In this document: positions 38,741 to 50,700 of the stretch, in pieces
Layout of the letters: the number at the start of each line of letters is the position of its first letter
Numbering within the stretch: the stretch's first letter is position 1
NCBI GenBank assembly: GCA_964187785.1
Contig: OZ076409.1
Span: 54,312,001-54,376,000, forward strand
Direction of reading: 5' to 3'
Length of the DNA stretch: 64,000 bases
Source of the DNA: Amphiscolops sp. MND2022
Taxonomy: Eukaryota
Notes under the pieces: model-generated
Told to the model about the DNA's origin: nothing
Databases searched by the model: none
The model's input: the letters and a program-made list of their open reading frames with translations, nothing else
Made by a program: the position numbers and the translations under genes

Positions 38741-39212
38741 CTTTAAAATTCGCTTTTTTCTATTCGCACGGGAAGTTTTGTCGCCCAAAGCAATATTCAG
38801 TTATCAAAATGGTTACATTTAATTTACCTACAAATTTACATTTATTTGTAAGCATATCAACTTGTTTTATTCATTCAATAATTAATATACTTGTGAAAAA
38901 GCCGTTTTCGTTTTTTTTTTGGGGGGGGGGGGGGGAATTCCTAACAAGGTGTACCTGGGGGGGAAATAGATCACATGGTCCCATGTCTTTATCAGTTTGA
39001 TTAGTTCAAGTTTTACAGTTGTCTTGTAAGTTTCAAATGTTAAACTTTTCTGACTATGCAGTGTCAAATTCAACGAATTGAAGACAGACAGTTGTGTTGT
39101 TACGCATTCAAACACTTAGCATTTCGAAGCAATCGTTTTGTGAAATTAGTTCGCGTCGTGTGAATTTAGTTCGCGCCGTGTGGTTCATAACGTTTCATAA
39201 ACGCTTTAAAAT
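38301..39212. repeat. Tandem duplication, about 455-bp unit (38301-38749 and 38754-39212)
   Basis: Near-identical copies including the Merlin right TIR, its TSD and flank; differences mostly in T and G homopolymers. Confidence 0.9.
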
Positions 39213-40497
39213 ATCTCATAAATAACGCTGAATGGAAAGCAATCCAAACTGCACCAATTTGGTTACAAAGAAGCAGAGGCAAACATATCCAGTTTCGAGA
39301 TAGGACCAAAGGAACCCCTTTAGTTGCAGTCATTTCTTATGTGTTTCTACCGGAGACCTAATTTGACCATCATGGTTCGTTGCCGACATTTCCTTCGCGG
39401 TCATGACTTTCGATTTCATGGATAATCATGGATAATTTCTCATGACATTGGAACAATGGATATTCATGTAGCGTCATTTTCCTTATATTCGAATCATAGG
39501 TAATGTTTCATGACCATTGCTATAATGAATTGCCTGATTCAACGATGACGTGTTTTGCAAGTATGTGATAATTTGAGCATTTCAACAGAAACTCATCAGA
39601 AGCTTTCGATTGGAATGAAATATGTTGATGAAAATTTTTCCAGTGACAATTTAAAATGTGACAAAAAAGATACCGAGAGAACTATGAAAAATGATTGAAC
39701 AAAACTTTTGCAATGAATTTTTAGCCCTATAGTTACATCAAACAAGGTTTAGTACAAATCATCATAACCTTTTGCCTTCTACACTTAGAAAAACTACGTT
39801 CAGTTCACAAATTTATGCGTTACTTACTATTTAGTGGTGTTTAAGAGAATTATAAAAACCAAAAACAAATAAAAGAACAGGCCTGAATATCTGTTTTCAT
39901 GCAAAGTATTTCATTACGTTAAGTTGAATTCCTGGGTTTTCATTCATAATCTTCCATGAATAATGTAAATCTTTCCATGATCGTGGGATAATTCTCAGAA
40001 TGGCCAACCCATGGATCATAGATGAATTAGGAATGGAAAACTATGACCTGAAAATCTTGGACAGAGAAGACAACAAAAAGCCGAAAGACAATAAAACCGA
40101 ACAAGCATTTAGCTAGAAAATCTAGCTTTTTACTTTTTACTTTTTTAAATTGGAGTTTGGAGTACAAGCTGTTGTGTTTTCGTAACTTGGTAATTCAAAA
40201 ACAAAAACATTTGTTACAAAGCTGTTTTGTGATTATCTAGACGTTAGAGAATCAATAAGGGTAACTGATATAAATAGCATCATTTTAGTGTTCGTTAAAA
40301 TGGTTAAGAGTATGCTAAGTTCAGGCTGTAGGTAATCATATCCGAAGTTCGGTACACGGTTGTTACCATATAACACAGCCTTTTTAATAACTTAAAATAA
40401 GCTAACTATAACAAAACCTCCTCGTGTTGTGTTTTATCAGATATGAAACCGGTATCTCTGGCACCGTCATGTAGTATTCACGTTCGAATACATTTTT

Positions 40498-42068
40498 AGT
40501 CGGCGCTTCATCAAGTGAAACGCGGCTATTATAGTGACTCTTTTTTTCAATCAACACGAACTCACCAAAATATTTCTTAAAAGTTCACGAAATTTTATGG
40601 TCCCAAATTGAATCATTTGGCCTAGCGAACTGAACCAAAAAAATTTTCCTCTCTTTCAGCGTAACATACTATACCGGAAGAGACTAAAGGGTTCGCCCTT
40701 TCAGTTTTTTTCGGCATTTTGGGACTTTTCTTCGGAAAAACTTTCCCCGAAGAGTCCCCCTTCAATTTTTTGATGTTTTACAACAATGGATATTAAATAA
40801 ATACAAAAGGGTCCCCCCCTTTCAGCGCGCGCCAATCCGGTCTAACTTTTGGGTTTTTTGGGTACTGTGAAAGAGAATACTTTGACACTTTGAAGTCCTT
40901 TTGCTATTTTTTAGCCTTAGATATGGCACCGACTTTGGCCGGTCCCGGCTTGTTTATGCTTGTTTCGGCTTGTGAGAATTTTTTCGAATTTTTTTAAAAT
41001 GTCTCCTAAGAAAAACATCCCTCAATTTTTGATATTTTGCCACAAATTGGATTTTCAAAAGCCCGGTGGGTCGACTCTTAAAATTTTCGGAATTTTTTTA
41101 TTGGTCCTGTGGAACGGAAGGGAGGTTTCTCAATAATTGTCGAAAAGATCTTCGGCGCTGTGCGACATTTTGCGAGCTTGAAGCTCCCTCCTCGGCAATT
41201 AGATTTTTTCTCGAGAAACATGGATGGGTTTTTTGTGTTTCCAGTTGAGAGTCTTTTGCGTATTCCCTTGTGTTTTTTGGCACTGAGAAATTGATGAAAT
41301 TTTAAAATTATTGTCCCTAAAGCATTTAAAATAGCATCCTTTGAGAAACTTGAGCGACCACCGACATGGGCCCGGTTTGTTAGTCGGCGCTTTTCTAGTG
41401 AAAAGAGACCGACTATTACAGTGGCTAGTTTATTTACTTTTACATTTTTTTAAACATTTTTTGGCACTATCAGACTATTGAAAATTCTCATTTTTAGTCG
41501 GCGTTTTCGAAGAAAATCCCGACTCTTACAGTGGCTAGTTTTTTTTTTCGTCAGTTCAACGCGTACGTCCACTTTTTGTGCATTAATCCAATTAATGCAC
41601 ATTTACCAACTTTTGCCATATGTACTTAGTACTTCATTTTCAACGCATCCAAAGCGTCAAACATGAGGTAAAAAGCGTCCCCCCTTTTACATTTTTCGGC
41701 ACTATGCGACTTACCGGAAACTTCGAAAAAAAAATTCAAAAAAAATTTTTTTCTCAATTTTTAGTTTCTTGAGAGCTTTTGTTGTTTTTTCTTAAAAGAG
41801 TCCCCAATTCACCAATACTTTGACATTTTGAAGTCCTTCTGCTATTTTTGAGCCTTAGATATGGCGCCGACTTGGGCCGTTCCCGGCTTGTTTGTTTATG
41901 TTTTGGAAAATTTTTCAATGTCTCTGAAGGGTCGCTCCTTCATTTTTTTGATATTTTGCAACAAACTGGATTTTCAAAAAGCCCAAAGAGTCCCCCTTCT
42001 ACAATTTTGAAAACTTTGCGCTTTTTGAGCCTTGGATATGGCGCCAACTTTAGACGTCCCCGTCTTGT
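40498..42068 (+). mobile_element. Cluster of tandem or nested Helentron/DINE-1-like elements
   Basis: AGTCGGCGC starts at about 40498, 41383 and 41486; ...CCCG(G/T)CTTGT-type ends at about 40953, 41380, 41892 and 42068. Confidence 0.65.
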
Positions 42069-42129
42069 TTCCTATTGCTTCCAGTTATATCTTGATAACG
42101 CTGATTGAGAAATGCAATTTTTGCAAAGA

Positions 42130-43410
42130 AGTCCCTAAATTACAAAAATCACAACTCTTGTTGTAAATTCTTACAAGAATTCTTGTAAGATCTTGTAAGA
42201 AAATGCATTTTAAGAATCTAACTCTTGCAAGATTTGCATTTTCCTGCTCAGAATGTTATAAAAAATGCATAAATCTGACAATTTTTTGCATTTCCTGCCT
42301 CAAAAAAATTGAACAACTGCAAAAGAAAACAATCTGTACACGAAAAATTATACAATTGCCCATATTAGAGCATCTAGGTCTTTAATTATCGGAATGCCTT
42401 ATTTGAATCATGAGCATTGTTTGATGTTATTGTTGTAAAGCTTTCGCTTACAACATTACAGCCCTGCGTGGTGTCATTGCCTCTAAGAGAGCAATGTCCT
42501 CCATTCTCAGCAGTCTCCTGATTAGTTTACATGGGCTGGGGAAAAAATGAAACCGATGAAGAACTTTTGCTTGAATTTTCAGGGTTTTTATAGTTTTCAA
42601 TGTGACATTGCAGAGGTCGTTTTGTAGTAATTTTACTGATTTTCTCTATCACTGCAGCTGACTGCAGGTTTGGGTTAGAACCGTTAGAAAGCCCTTGAAA
42701 TGTTTTTTCATTTGGTACTATGTTCATTTTCCTATCATCATTAGCTAAAAGTTCTCGGAATTTTTGTCCGGAGTTTCATAGCTGGAATACGTTATAGTAA
42801 TTTTTGGGGTAAAATTGCATGTAACTTCTTCTTGCTCAAAGTTAACAATTTTGACCCTTTTGCTGGGATCCTGGGACAGTTTGTGCATTGTAAACAGCAA
42901 CTGTGGCTGTTGTTGCTGGAAGTTTGATGATTTTTGAAATTTTGGTCGATATGACACATCACATTTTTTTGTAATAATTTCTTACAAAAAATGCATTTTT
43001 TGCAAAAATGTCATTAGAATTTTGTAGGAAATTTTGTTCGACATTGTAACAAGTTTGGAAAATTTGCAATTTTTGTACAAACTTGTAAGAGTCTTGTAAG
43101 AAATGCAAAGTTGACGAGAATTTCGGAAGAATTTTGCAAAATTTGTGATTTGTTGCAAGGTTGCAAGGTCATTGCATTTATTTCATTACTTGAAAGATCT
43201 TGCAAGTAAATGCGTTCCTTGCAAGAATCTTACAAGGAAATGTGATCCTTGTCAGATATTCCAAGAAAACACCTTTTTTGCAAGATCTTACAAAGAAACT
43301 AATTCATTTCAAGATTCTTGCAAGATCTTGCGAGGAATTCATTTAATCCAGGTAATGCGTTTTAAACAAGATCTGACAAGTAATGCGTTCTAAACGTTGA
43401 AAGATTTTTA
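42130..43410. repeat. Element with CTTG(C/T)AAGA subterminal repeat arrays
   Basis: Dense TCTTGCAAGA/TCTTGTAAGA motifs at about 42165-42240 and 43060-43410. Confidence 0.45.
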
Positions 43411-46236
43411 CAAGACTATTTGCCGCCTTTTTTATCCGAAATAGCGTGTTAGGAAAGCATGAGTTGGAAAGTAGAAATTATCTAATTATATCGCCTTTCA
43501 GTGTCATCACAGTATCGCATTTTTGCAAAATCATGTATGAAATTTTAAAGCTATAAAAAGTTCAATCAATTTAGTGTATCATCATTTCGCAAGCCTGATC
43601 TTTTCGATCCTGTGTCATCACTGTTCACTAATCTTCACGTATCTATCGTAGATGGTTCCGGATGGCATGCCAAGATTTCCATTTTGAAAAATAATTTGAC
43701 TTTCTCCTTCGGGGATTTCTGACACTTTCGTAGACACCTGATTGAAACAAGACTGCCTCAAAGTTATTATTCCATCAGAATTTTCCCATTTCCCTTCATT
43801 ATTGCAATATCAGTCTCTTCTTACATTTCTTGCTACATTTCCCTCAGGAGATTGTTATCAGCCAAAAAGTAGGAATAACGTACAGCCAAAATATGGGTGA
43901 GGTTATTAAAAATGGAGATTTGCAGATATGAGCTCTCACTTAGCTGTAATGCACATTTTACAAAATCTGACAGCAATTGTGATTTATTTTGACACTTTTG
44001 GGACAAGGTGTCGAAATATATTGAAAGTGAAGGAGGCTATTGAGATCAAATTTGGTGACATCATTCCCTCTATACAATTTCGTAAGATAAGTAAGTTGGG
44101 TTAATATTATCATTGTAACTAATTTCCCCCACTTTCTCCCTCCGTAACTGTAGCATATGCATTATCGCATTTTATGAAAGTGCTCCTCAAAAAAGTATAT
44201 GGTTTTCAGATGAACCTGGAGTGATGTAAAGGATACAATAAACTGCCATTTAAACAGATTGCTTGCTGGAGTTAAGGGCTGAATTTGTAACAGCATTTAT
44301 AAATGAGTTTTATAGGAAAATTATACTCTTCGGCAGACAGAAAAATTTGAAACTGACGTTTTAGACTAAGACCACTGATTATGGCATACACTCTATACTC
44401 TAAAAACATCGCAAAATTTTTTCTTGGAGCACAATCTTTGTTCGACGTTAATTATAACTTAATTATATTTTAATGAGAAAATTCAAATCCAACATTTACC
44501 CTATAACTATAACAATTGCATCTCAAGCTTTTGTGGTAATAGACAATCGTAAAAATGTCCAGAATAAGCCTTTATCATTAACTTTTTGACGTGAAATACC
44601 CGAGCAATTAATTGCAATAATTGGTGCTTCGCAATCAATTAATTGCAATTAGCACTTCTTCAAAATCAATTAATTTTGGGTAAAAACTGGTGGCAATTAA
44701 GTTTTGCCATGCCCTGAGCTGCATGTTAGAAAAGAGTGATAGTAATCGAAGTAGTATCGAAGTAGTAGTAGTAGTTTTGAAAAGAACCTGTTAGCGGATG
44801 GGAGCCCATCAAAAAGCACTATCCCTGTGGGTTCCTCCCACTCTATTGACCGATATTACAGCTTGCAGTTACAACATACGCTAATACCAAAAATCTTGAT
44901 ACACCCGATTTCACTGACAAGAAATTTCAAATCTCATTAAAATTTACTGTATTCAATTGACACAATTGTCCCAGTTGCAAAACGTTCTCAAAATGTGATA
45001 TGAATTGCAGGGGTACTTTTCATTTTGAAATTAAACATAAATTCCTAAAGTTACCTTAGTTGAAACTGCAGGAACTTTTTACATGCTGCAGGCCTGCATG
45101 CAGGGTAATTTGTTAAGAAACCTAGAAAATTCAGTGAAGTTCGGGAGGTAAATCATGTACAATTACACGGCATTTTCCACTCCTGCAATTAAATTTGAAA
45201 ATAAATTCCACTACATTACCGACACAATCATTTTGTATTCACACTTTGTTCTCTCAACTACTCATTTGATGTGATCACCGCTTCTCAAAAAGCACGCCAA
45301 ACATGACGCTGATTTGCATTCACGTTTATTTTGCGACCGAAGTTATTTTGCAATAAATTAGAGGTACAACTGAGCAACTTATTAGCTTGCTAAAATTATA
45401 ACTGCTGTTTAATGAAACCTGCAAAACTTCAAGGTTTAAAATTGCCGCTAAAACTTTGATGAACCTTTCAAGCAGTTCGATAAAAGTTAAATACAACGGA
45501 AATATTTTCGCATGAAAATTTCCGTTAGAGTTTCAGAAAATCATAATAAAAGTTGCTGGCAACATTAAAGCACATGTACAAAATTCAAGCAGTTTCAACA
45601 AGTGTAGACATTTGACATCTGAAATTTATACTGTAATATCTCGATAACCGCTGTTCGTTGCAACAAATGTCAGCATCACCTTTTGTACCTTTGATTCAAT
45701 CGCTGAATTAATTTTGACTTCAACACGTTTTTTGAAAACGCCCTCCTCGTGAATTTACGCCGGAAATTGATCAAAAAATGCGAAGTATAAAACAATTGTT
45801 TCGAAGGAATTATCACTGTTTTTGACAATTCTTTGTTGAAGAAAGCTTTTTCAGAAAAAGTCGGAAAGATAAAAGTTGCAGAACAGTGTCAAGACTACAA
45901 ATGATCGGGTTGGAGGTTTTTCTTCTGACAAGTGATTCGTGAGATATTGCGTCAAAAATACCAAAACTCTTCAAATTACCATACAACTTCAATACCAAAA
46001 TACGACTTCGAAACAAAATCCACTCTTGTAATGTTCATCAAAATTTGAGACTTTCGCTTCTGAGACTTTTTGTAAAGTGAATGTATTAAAAGATATTGCG
46101 ATTTCATGAATTTTTGCTGACCAGCTTTCCAAGTATTTCTGCACTAAAGTGTATCATGCTTAAATGACTTATCAGTTTTGGTAACCCAGGTTGACCCTAG
46201 ATCTTATTCCCACCTCTACCAAAATTTTTAGATTAA

Positions 46237-46926
46237 ATTGAGCCAGGTTTTAGAGGAAGGGCTAGCAGCATTGTTAAAGCTTTCAACATTCGCTTGAAAA
46301 CTTGTATCAGTACTTCTTTACGTTGTCTTTCGAAAGTCTTAAAGTCCTCTTCGCTTTTTCGAAGCTAAACTCAAACTCGCACATGTTTGTTGTAGTGAGG
46401 GATCTAGAATCATGTGAGATAGATCTCCTAATCTATCTGGTTCGTTGTTTCCATGCATCGCTCAGCAAAGCTAATATTATGCTAGTTCTTGGAATTTCAA
46501 CCTCATTAGAAGATGCCTTACAACACATCCCAGACGAAATAATTCGCAAAATGATTATCCGCAAGTTGACCTTGTCGTCATGGGTCTCGGTAACCAATTT
46601 GTGAACTTTGTTTACAGGAGGTTGCCATGTCCGACATCTTGATTTTCAATATAGAATACATAGTTCCTCATACTATGATCATGCTATGTTCATACTATGA
46701 AACATGATGGATCATACTATGAAACATGATGACCATAGTATCATCATACTATGGAACATGGTCGCCATGGTCGGTTTTGCACGATCATGATCATGGAATG
46801 ACCATGAGCATAGTATGATCATACTATGATCATAGCATGGTGAGTATGTTTGATCAACCTGGGAATCCACTGCGTCTTCAGATTTATCAGTTAAAGTGGT
46901 TGGCTTTAATTGAGTGCTTACTTTAG
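46237..46926 (+). CDS. ORC3: ORC3-like (origin recognition complex subunit 3) coding segment, antisense within a Kv2 intron; gene or pseudogene
   Basis: 46383-46580 encodes MFVVVRDLESCEIDLLIYLVRCFHASLSKANIMLVLGISTSLEDALQHIPDEIIRKMIIRKLTLSS, which aligns without gaps by eye to the ORC3 N-terminal block (human VVILKDMESF..VLQDFI...LILIFGIATS...LP...LLCIELFQSLS; fly ...LVLGVAT...LP...KIRLR). Flanking pieces are weaker. Confidence 0.65.
46660..46848. repeat. CATACTATG/CATAGTATG-rich MITE-like insertion
   Basis: About 10 palindromic CATA(C/G)TATG units; interrupts the ORC3-like frame. Confidence 0.6.
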
Positions 46927-47087
46927 CGTAAGGCGATGAGTTGGGTTTCTCGACGAGGTCCCAGAGCTTGCGTCTCTTGATGGCAAAATAGGAGTCACCG
47001 AAGTTGTGAGCCTGTTGGGCTCTAAACTCCGCGTCCTCTTCCTCCTTCCGCGATTCCTCAATCAGCTGTTCTTTCCTTAGATGGTAT
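46922..47087 (-). CDS. KCNB: Shab/Kv2 exon (T1-S1 linker)
   Basis: tttag|ATACC...GCTAAA|gtaagc; 166 nt; YHLRKEQLIEE...KRRKLWDLVEKPNSSPYAK (Kv2 LWDLLEKPNSS motif). Confidence 0.95.
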
Positions 47088-47458
47088 CTAAACACAGTAT
47101 ACGCGTTATCGGAACCAAAATAATTCACTTAAAACAAAAACAAAGCATGCCACTTGCAGTTTGAACGAGCAGTTGTTGAAGGTTACATTGAGGGTACAGT
47201 TTAAAAAATCATCTGAAAGGATAAACGCCGACAGTTGCTTTTAAAGCTTCTTGTACATGTGTTGTTTAGAGGCAGAAGACGGCGTCAAAACTTCAAAGAG
47301 TACATTATCATTTTAAACATCCATGTGGAAACATTAATGCTATGCATCTCAATAAAACGTGTCTTCCTTTGGTCTCAAAAAAGCATGCTTCAAGCAATTT
47401 TACGGAGAGCGTGAATGAAAAGGAGCAAAGTGTGATTGATTATTTGAGTTGAACTTAC

Positions 47459-47597
47459 TTGTGTTGGCAGCAAGGTTCCAGATACAGCTCATCAATTTCC
47501 CAGTACGACAGATCCTCGCTAAAGGCTATTGGACAGATGTCCTCTAGCAAGTGAAGTTTTCCTGTCCTGTAGAAGTTCAGAATCAGCGAAAAAGCAC
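47459..47597 (-). CDS. KCNB: Shab/Kv2 exon (T1 C-half)
   Basis: ttcag|GTGCT...CAACACAA|gtaagt; 139 nt, phase 1 in and 2 out; [46 protein letters not shown]. Confidence 0.95.
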
Positions 47598-47776
47598 CTG
47601 AAATGGAGAACAAATGTAAACTAAACTTTGGAACTAAATGCTATCTGAAAGTAGAAGATATCTTTGTTTCTTGGAAGTTATCCTTAAAAAATACTAGCTA
47701 CCTTTTCAAGAACCATTGAAACTGCTAGGACACCCGGAATGCTTTTCAAACATTTTTTAATGCAGCAGCTTCCACC

Positions 47777-50700
47777 TGTTATACGGTTCATTAGTCAACC
47801 ACCGGAGTCAGTATTTAACCTCTACCGAGTTTCGGTCATAGACATACTAGTGATGTTTACAAACAAAAACAATTGATATAAAACTTTGATATATCACTTT
47901 ATGTTTTGTTACAGAAAAGAAAATATGACAGAGAAAAATATCGTACTAAATCTAGAAGCGAAAGCATCAGACGGAAACACAATAATTACACCGAGACGGT
48001 GGTTGGAAAGATTCCGGGAGTTTACGAAAATCGACATTACACCACTACTGAAAGGAGAAGACATCACAAACTCGGGATGGACCGGGAAAAAAGCTGCAAC
48101 CCAAGAAGATTTTATCGAGGGAGTGGGGCCGGAAGCACTCTAACAGACAACTCGAACCGAATATAAAACGGAACCGGACAACATAAAAATAAAAGACTTA
48201 ATCCGGTTATATACCGAACACGACCTACCAAAACGCAACACATACCACAACCGAGGAGACTTCTTTTGGGCCAAGCAATCGGTTAATAAAACGCCGGAAA
48301 AATTTGGCACCGAGGACTAATCGAAATTGAGAAAGAATGCATTTTCATCACAATATCAGCCAAAGAATTACTGATTTCAAAATATATGACAGCGAATACC
48401 GACAAAAACCTACGGGACAAAATGTAGAAAGAGAAAACATTGGAAATTAAGGAAACAGTTGAACAAAACATATAAGAAAAGAAAAACAAAAACGAAAACA
48501 AAACCAGGAGCCCTGATTACAACGAAAGAAATGGAAATCATCAAAGGAGAACCAGTACAAAGAATGGAAAAATTCGGTTCTAGACCGAAAACAAAATTTG
48601 CCGGAACCCGACCATGTAGATTTTGCAATGCGTCAAACTGGAGCCCGATACACAAATGCTGTGCACTGGAGTCGAACAACTATGGAAAGAAGGGACAATA
48701 TGCAAGGGCATGCCGGCAGAGAACAAACAACAACCGAATAATGAGAAAATTTACCGAAGAAGAGATGGAGGAACCAAATGAATCCCTGAGTGAATCTGAT
48801 GAAAGTGGACATCACAAAGAAAAAATAAAGACGATCGAGGAAAGGTAAAAACACTATACGACTATTGACTGCGTAAAGCGGAGACCATACATGCTGAATT
48901 AAGAAGAATTACTGAATCAAACATCGGATTACCTGGGACCGAATAAATCAATTATTCATCTCGAAGATTGATTTAGATCACGAAAAGGACGAAAAACACT
49001 TATCGAAAGGAACAAGCCCCCGATGCGTAATTGCAATCACCGGGTAAAGATCAGCGGATAATATCAGTTCAAAACGGGATTTTACGGTTTGGCCGATATA
49101 CCCACAATATTTCAACAAAAGATGGACAGAACTCTCGAATATTGTAAACCGGCATGGCTGGACGGTATAATAGTAGTAACACGCGAAGACAAGCACGAAC
49201 ACGAGAAGAAACTATTCGACGGGAAAATCCGGGTACCGAGCAAGTAAAAGAAAATCAGAAGTCTTCATGAAATGAACAAAGTTATTGGGACATGAGATAG
49301 ACGAAAACGAAAAAAAAACCGAACGACGAAAAAGTGGAAGCAATATTAAAACTGAAGTCACCGAACAAAACAAAGGAATTGAAATTGTTCCTCGGTGCAA
49401 TACAATATTTGGCAAAATTCCTATCGAAACGTTCGGGAAAAACCGACAAACTCAGAAAATTTTGAAAACTATGAACCATGGAAATGATCAAGAAGAAGAC
49501 TTCATGCAAAAAAAACGGACGCTAACACAAATCCCATGATTGGGATATTACGCAAAAGATATCGAAATTCTGGTCACAACGAATGCGAGCAAGACCAGGT
49601 TTGGAATCACACTTTGGTCGAAAGAAGACGATAGAGTTATTAAACCCTATAGCATTCGGTAGTAGATATTTGAATGGTACCGAGAAAATTACTCCATCGT
49701 TGAACTTGAACTCCTGGCAGTAGTCTGAGGATTGCAAAAATTCCGATTTCAATTACATGGGAAGAAAGTACGTCTTTAAACGGATCACCAAGCCTTAAAA
49801 CTGCTAACGAAAGGAAACCGTAGTATCCACCGATATAGCACCAGATTAACCCGGTGACTAGACCGAACAGCACATTTTTGAGGTTGCAGTTACACACATC
49901 GCCAGCAGTAATCTGAAATTCACCGATTATGGCAGCAGAAATACGGTAGGGGGAGCAGCGATTGAAGACAGATACAATAAAAAATACTTGAAAAACAGCT
50001 TAACCGAACACGCAGAATTGAACGCAAAATACGGCTCGTTATTCGACAGCAAACCAAAATCAAGAAAAGAGAAACCAAACAGAAAGTAATTAAATGAACA
50101 ACCAATCACTGACCAATAGAACATTCCAGAACAGAAACCACGTGTACAAACATAACGCAAACGAAAGTAACCCATCCGGGCATTCCGATATTAACACCAC
50201 AAAGGGCTGTTCAAACTTGAAAGAAGTTATCGTTACCGACATTGAAATGAACCGAGAAAATTTGTATCACTGGGGAGTTACCTGCGAAATTATGAAATTA
50301 ATTTGAAGAAGAAGAAAGTGCCCGGAAACAAGAAGACGGGTCGGGAGAAGAGAAGCGCTGGCCAGACCCGGAACAATGCGGTGAAGATACGACACGCAAT
50401 CATCACAAAGAACCGTTTTTGCACCGTCAAGGCCAAATAAAAGAAACCTGGAGGACATTGCGGAAATAGATGCAGAGCTAAGTCTCAGAGCGAACTGACT
50501 AGGCTGTGGTTACCAGCCGATAGAAGTATTTGAAGTAGAAGAAGAACGGGAAGACGGAGAAGTGCAGGTGGATCAAAATACGGTTGATACCGCAGACGAC
50601 ATTATGCAGGGTGACAACCTAACGATCGTTGATCTCAACAAGTACCATACTGATGGAAAATATGCTCACTATTGACAAGTAAGGCAGTGGGCAAACTGAC

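Noticed and set aside
43800-44100. Possible Penelope GIY-YIG remnant (KVGIT..., ..CRN..KVKEAIEIK..P)
   Set aside because: Too short and decayed to call without a profile search
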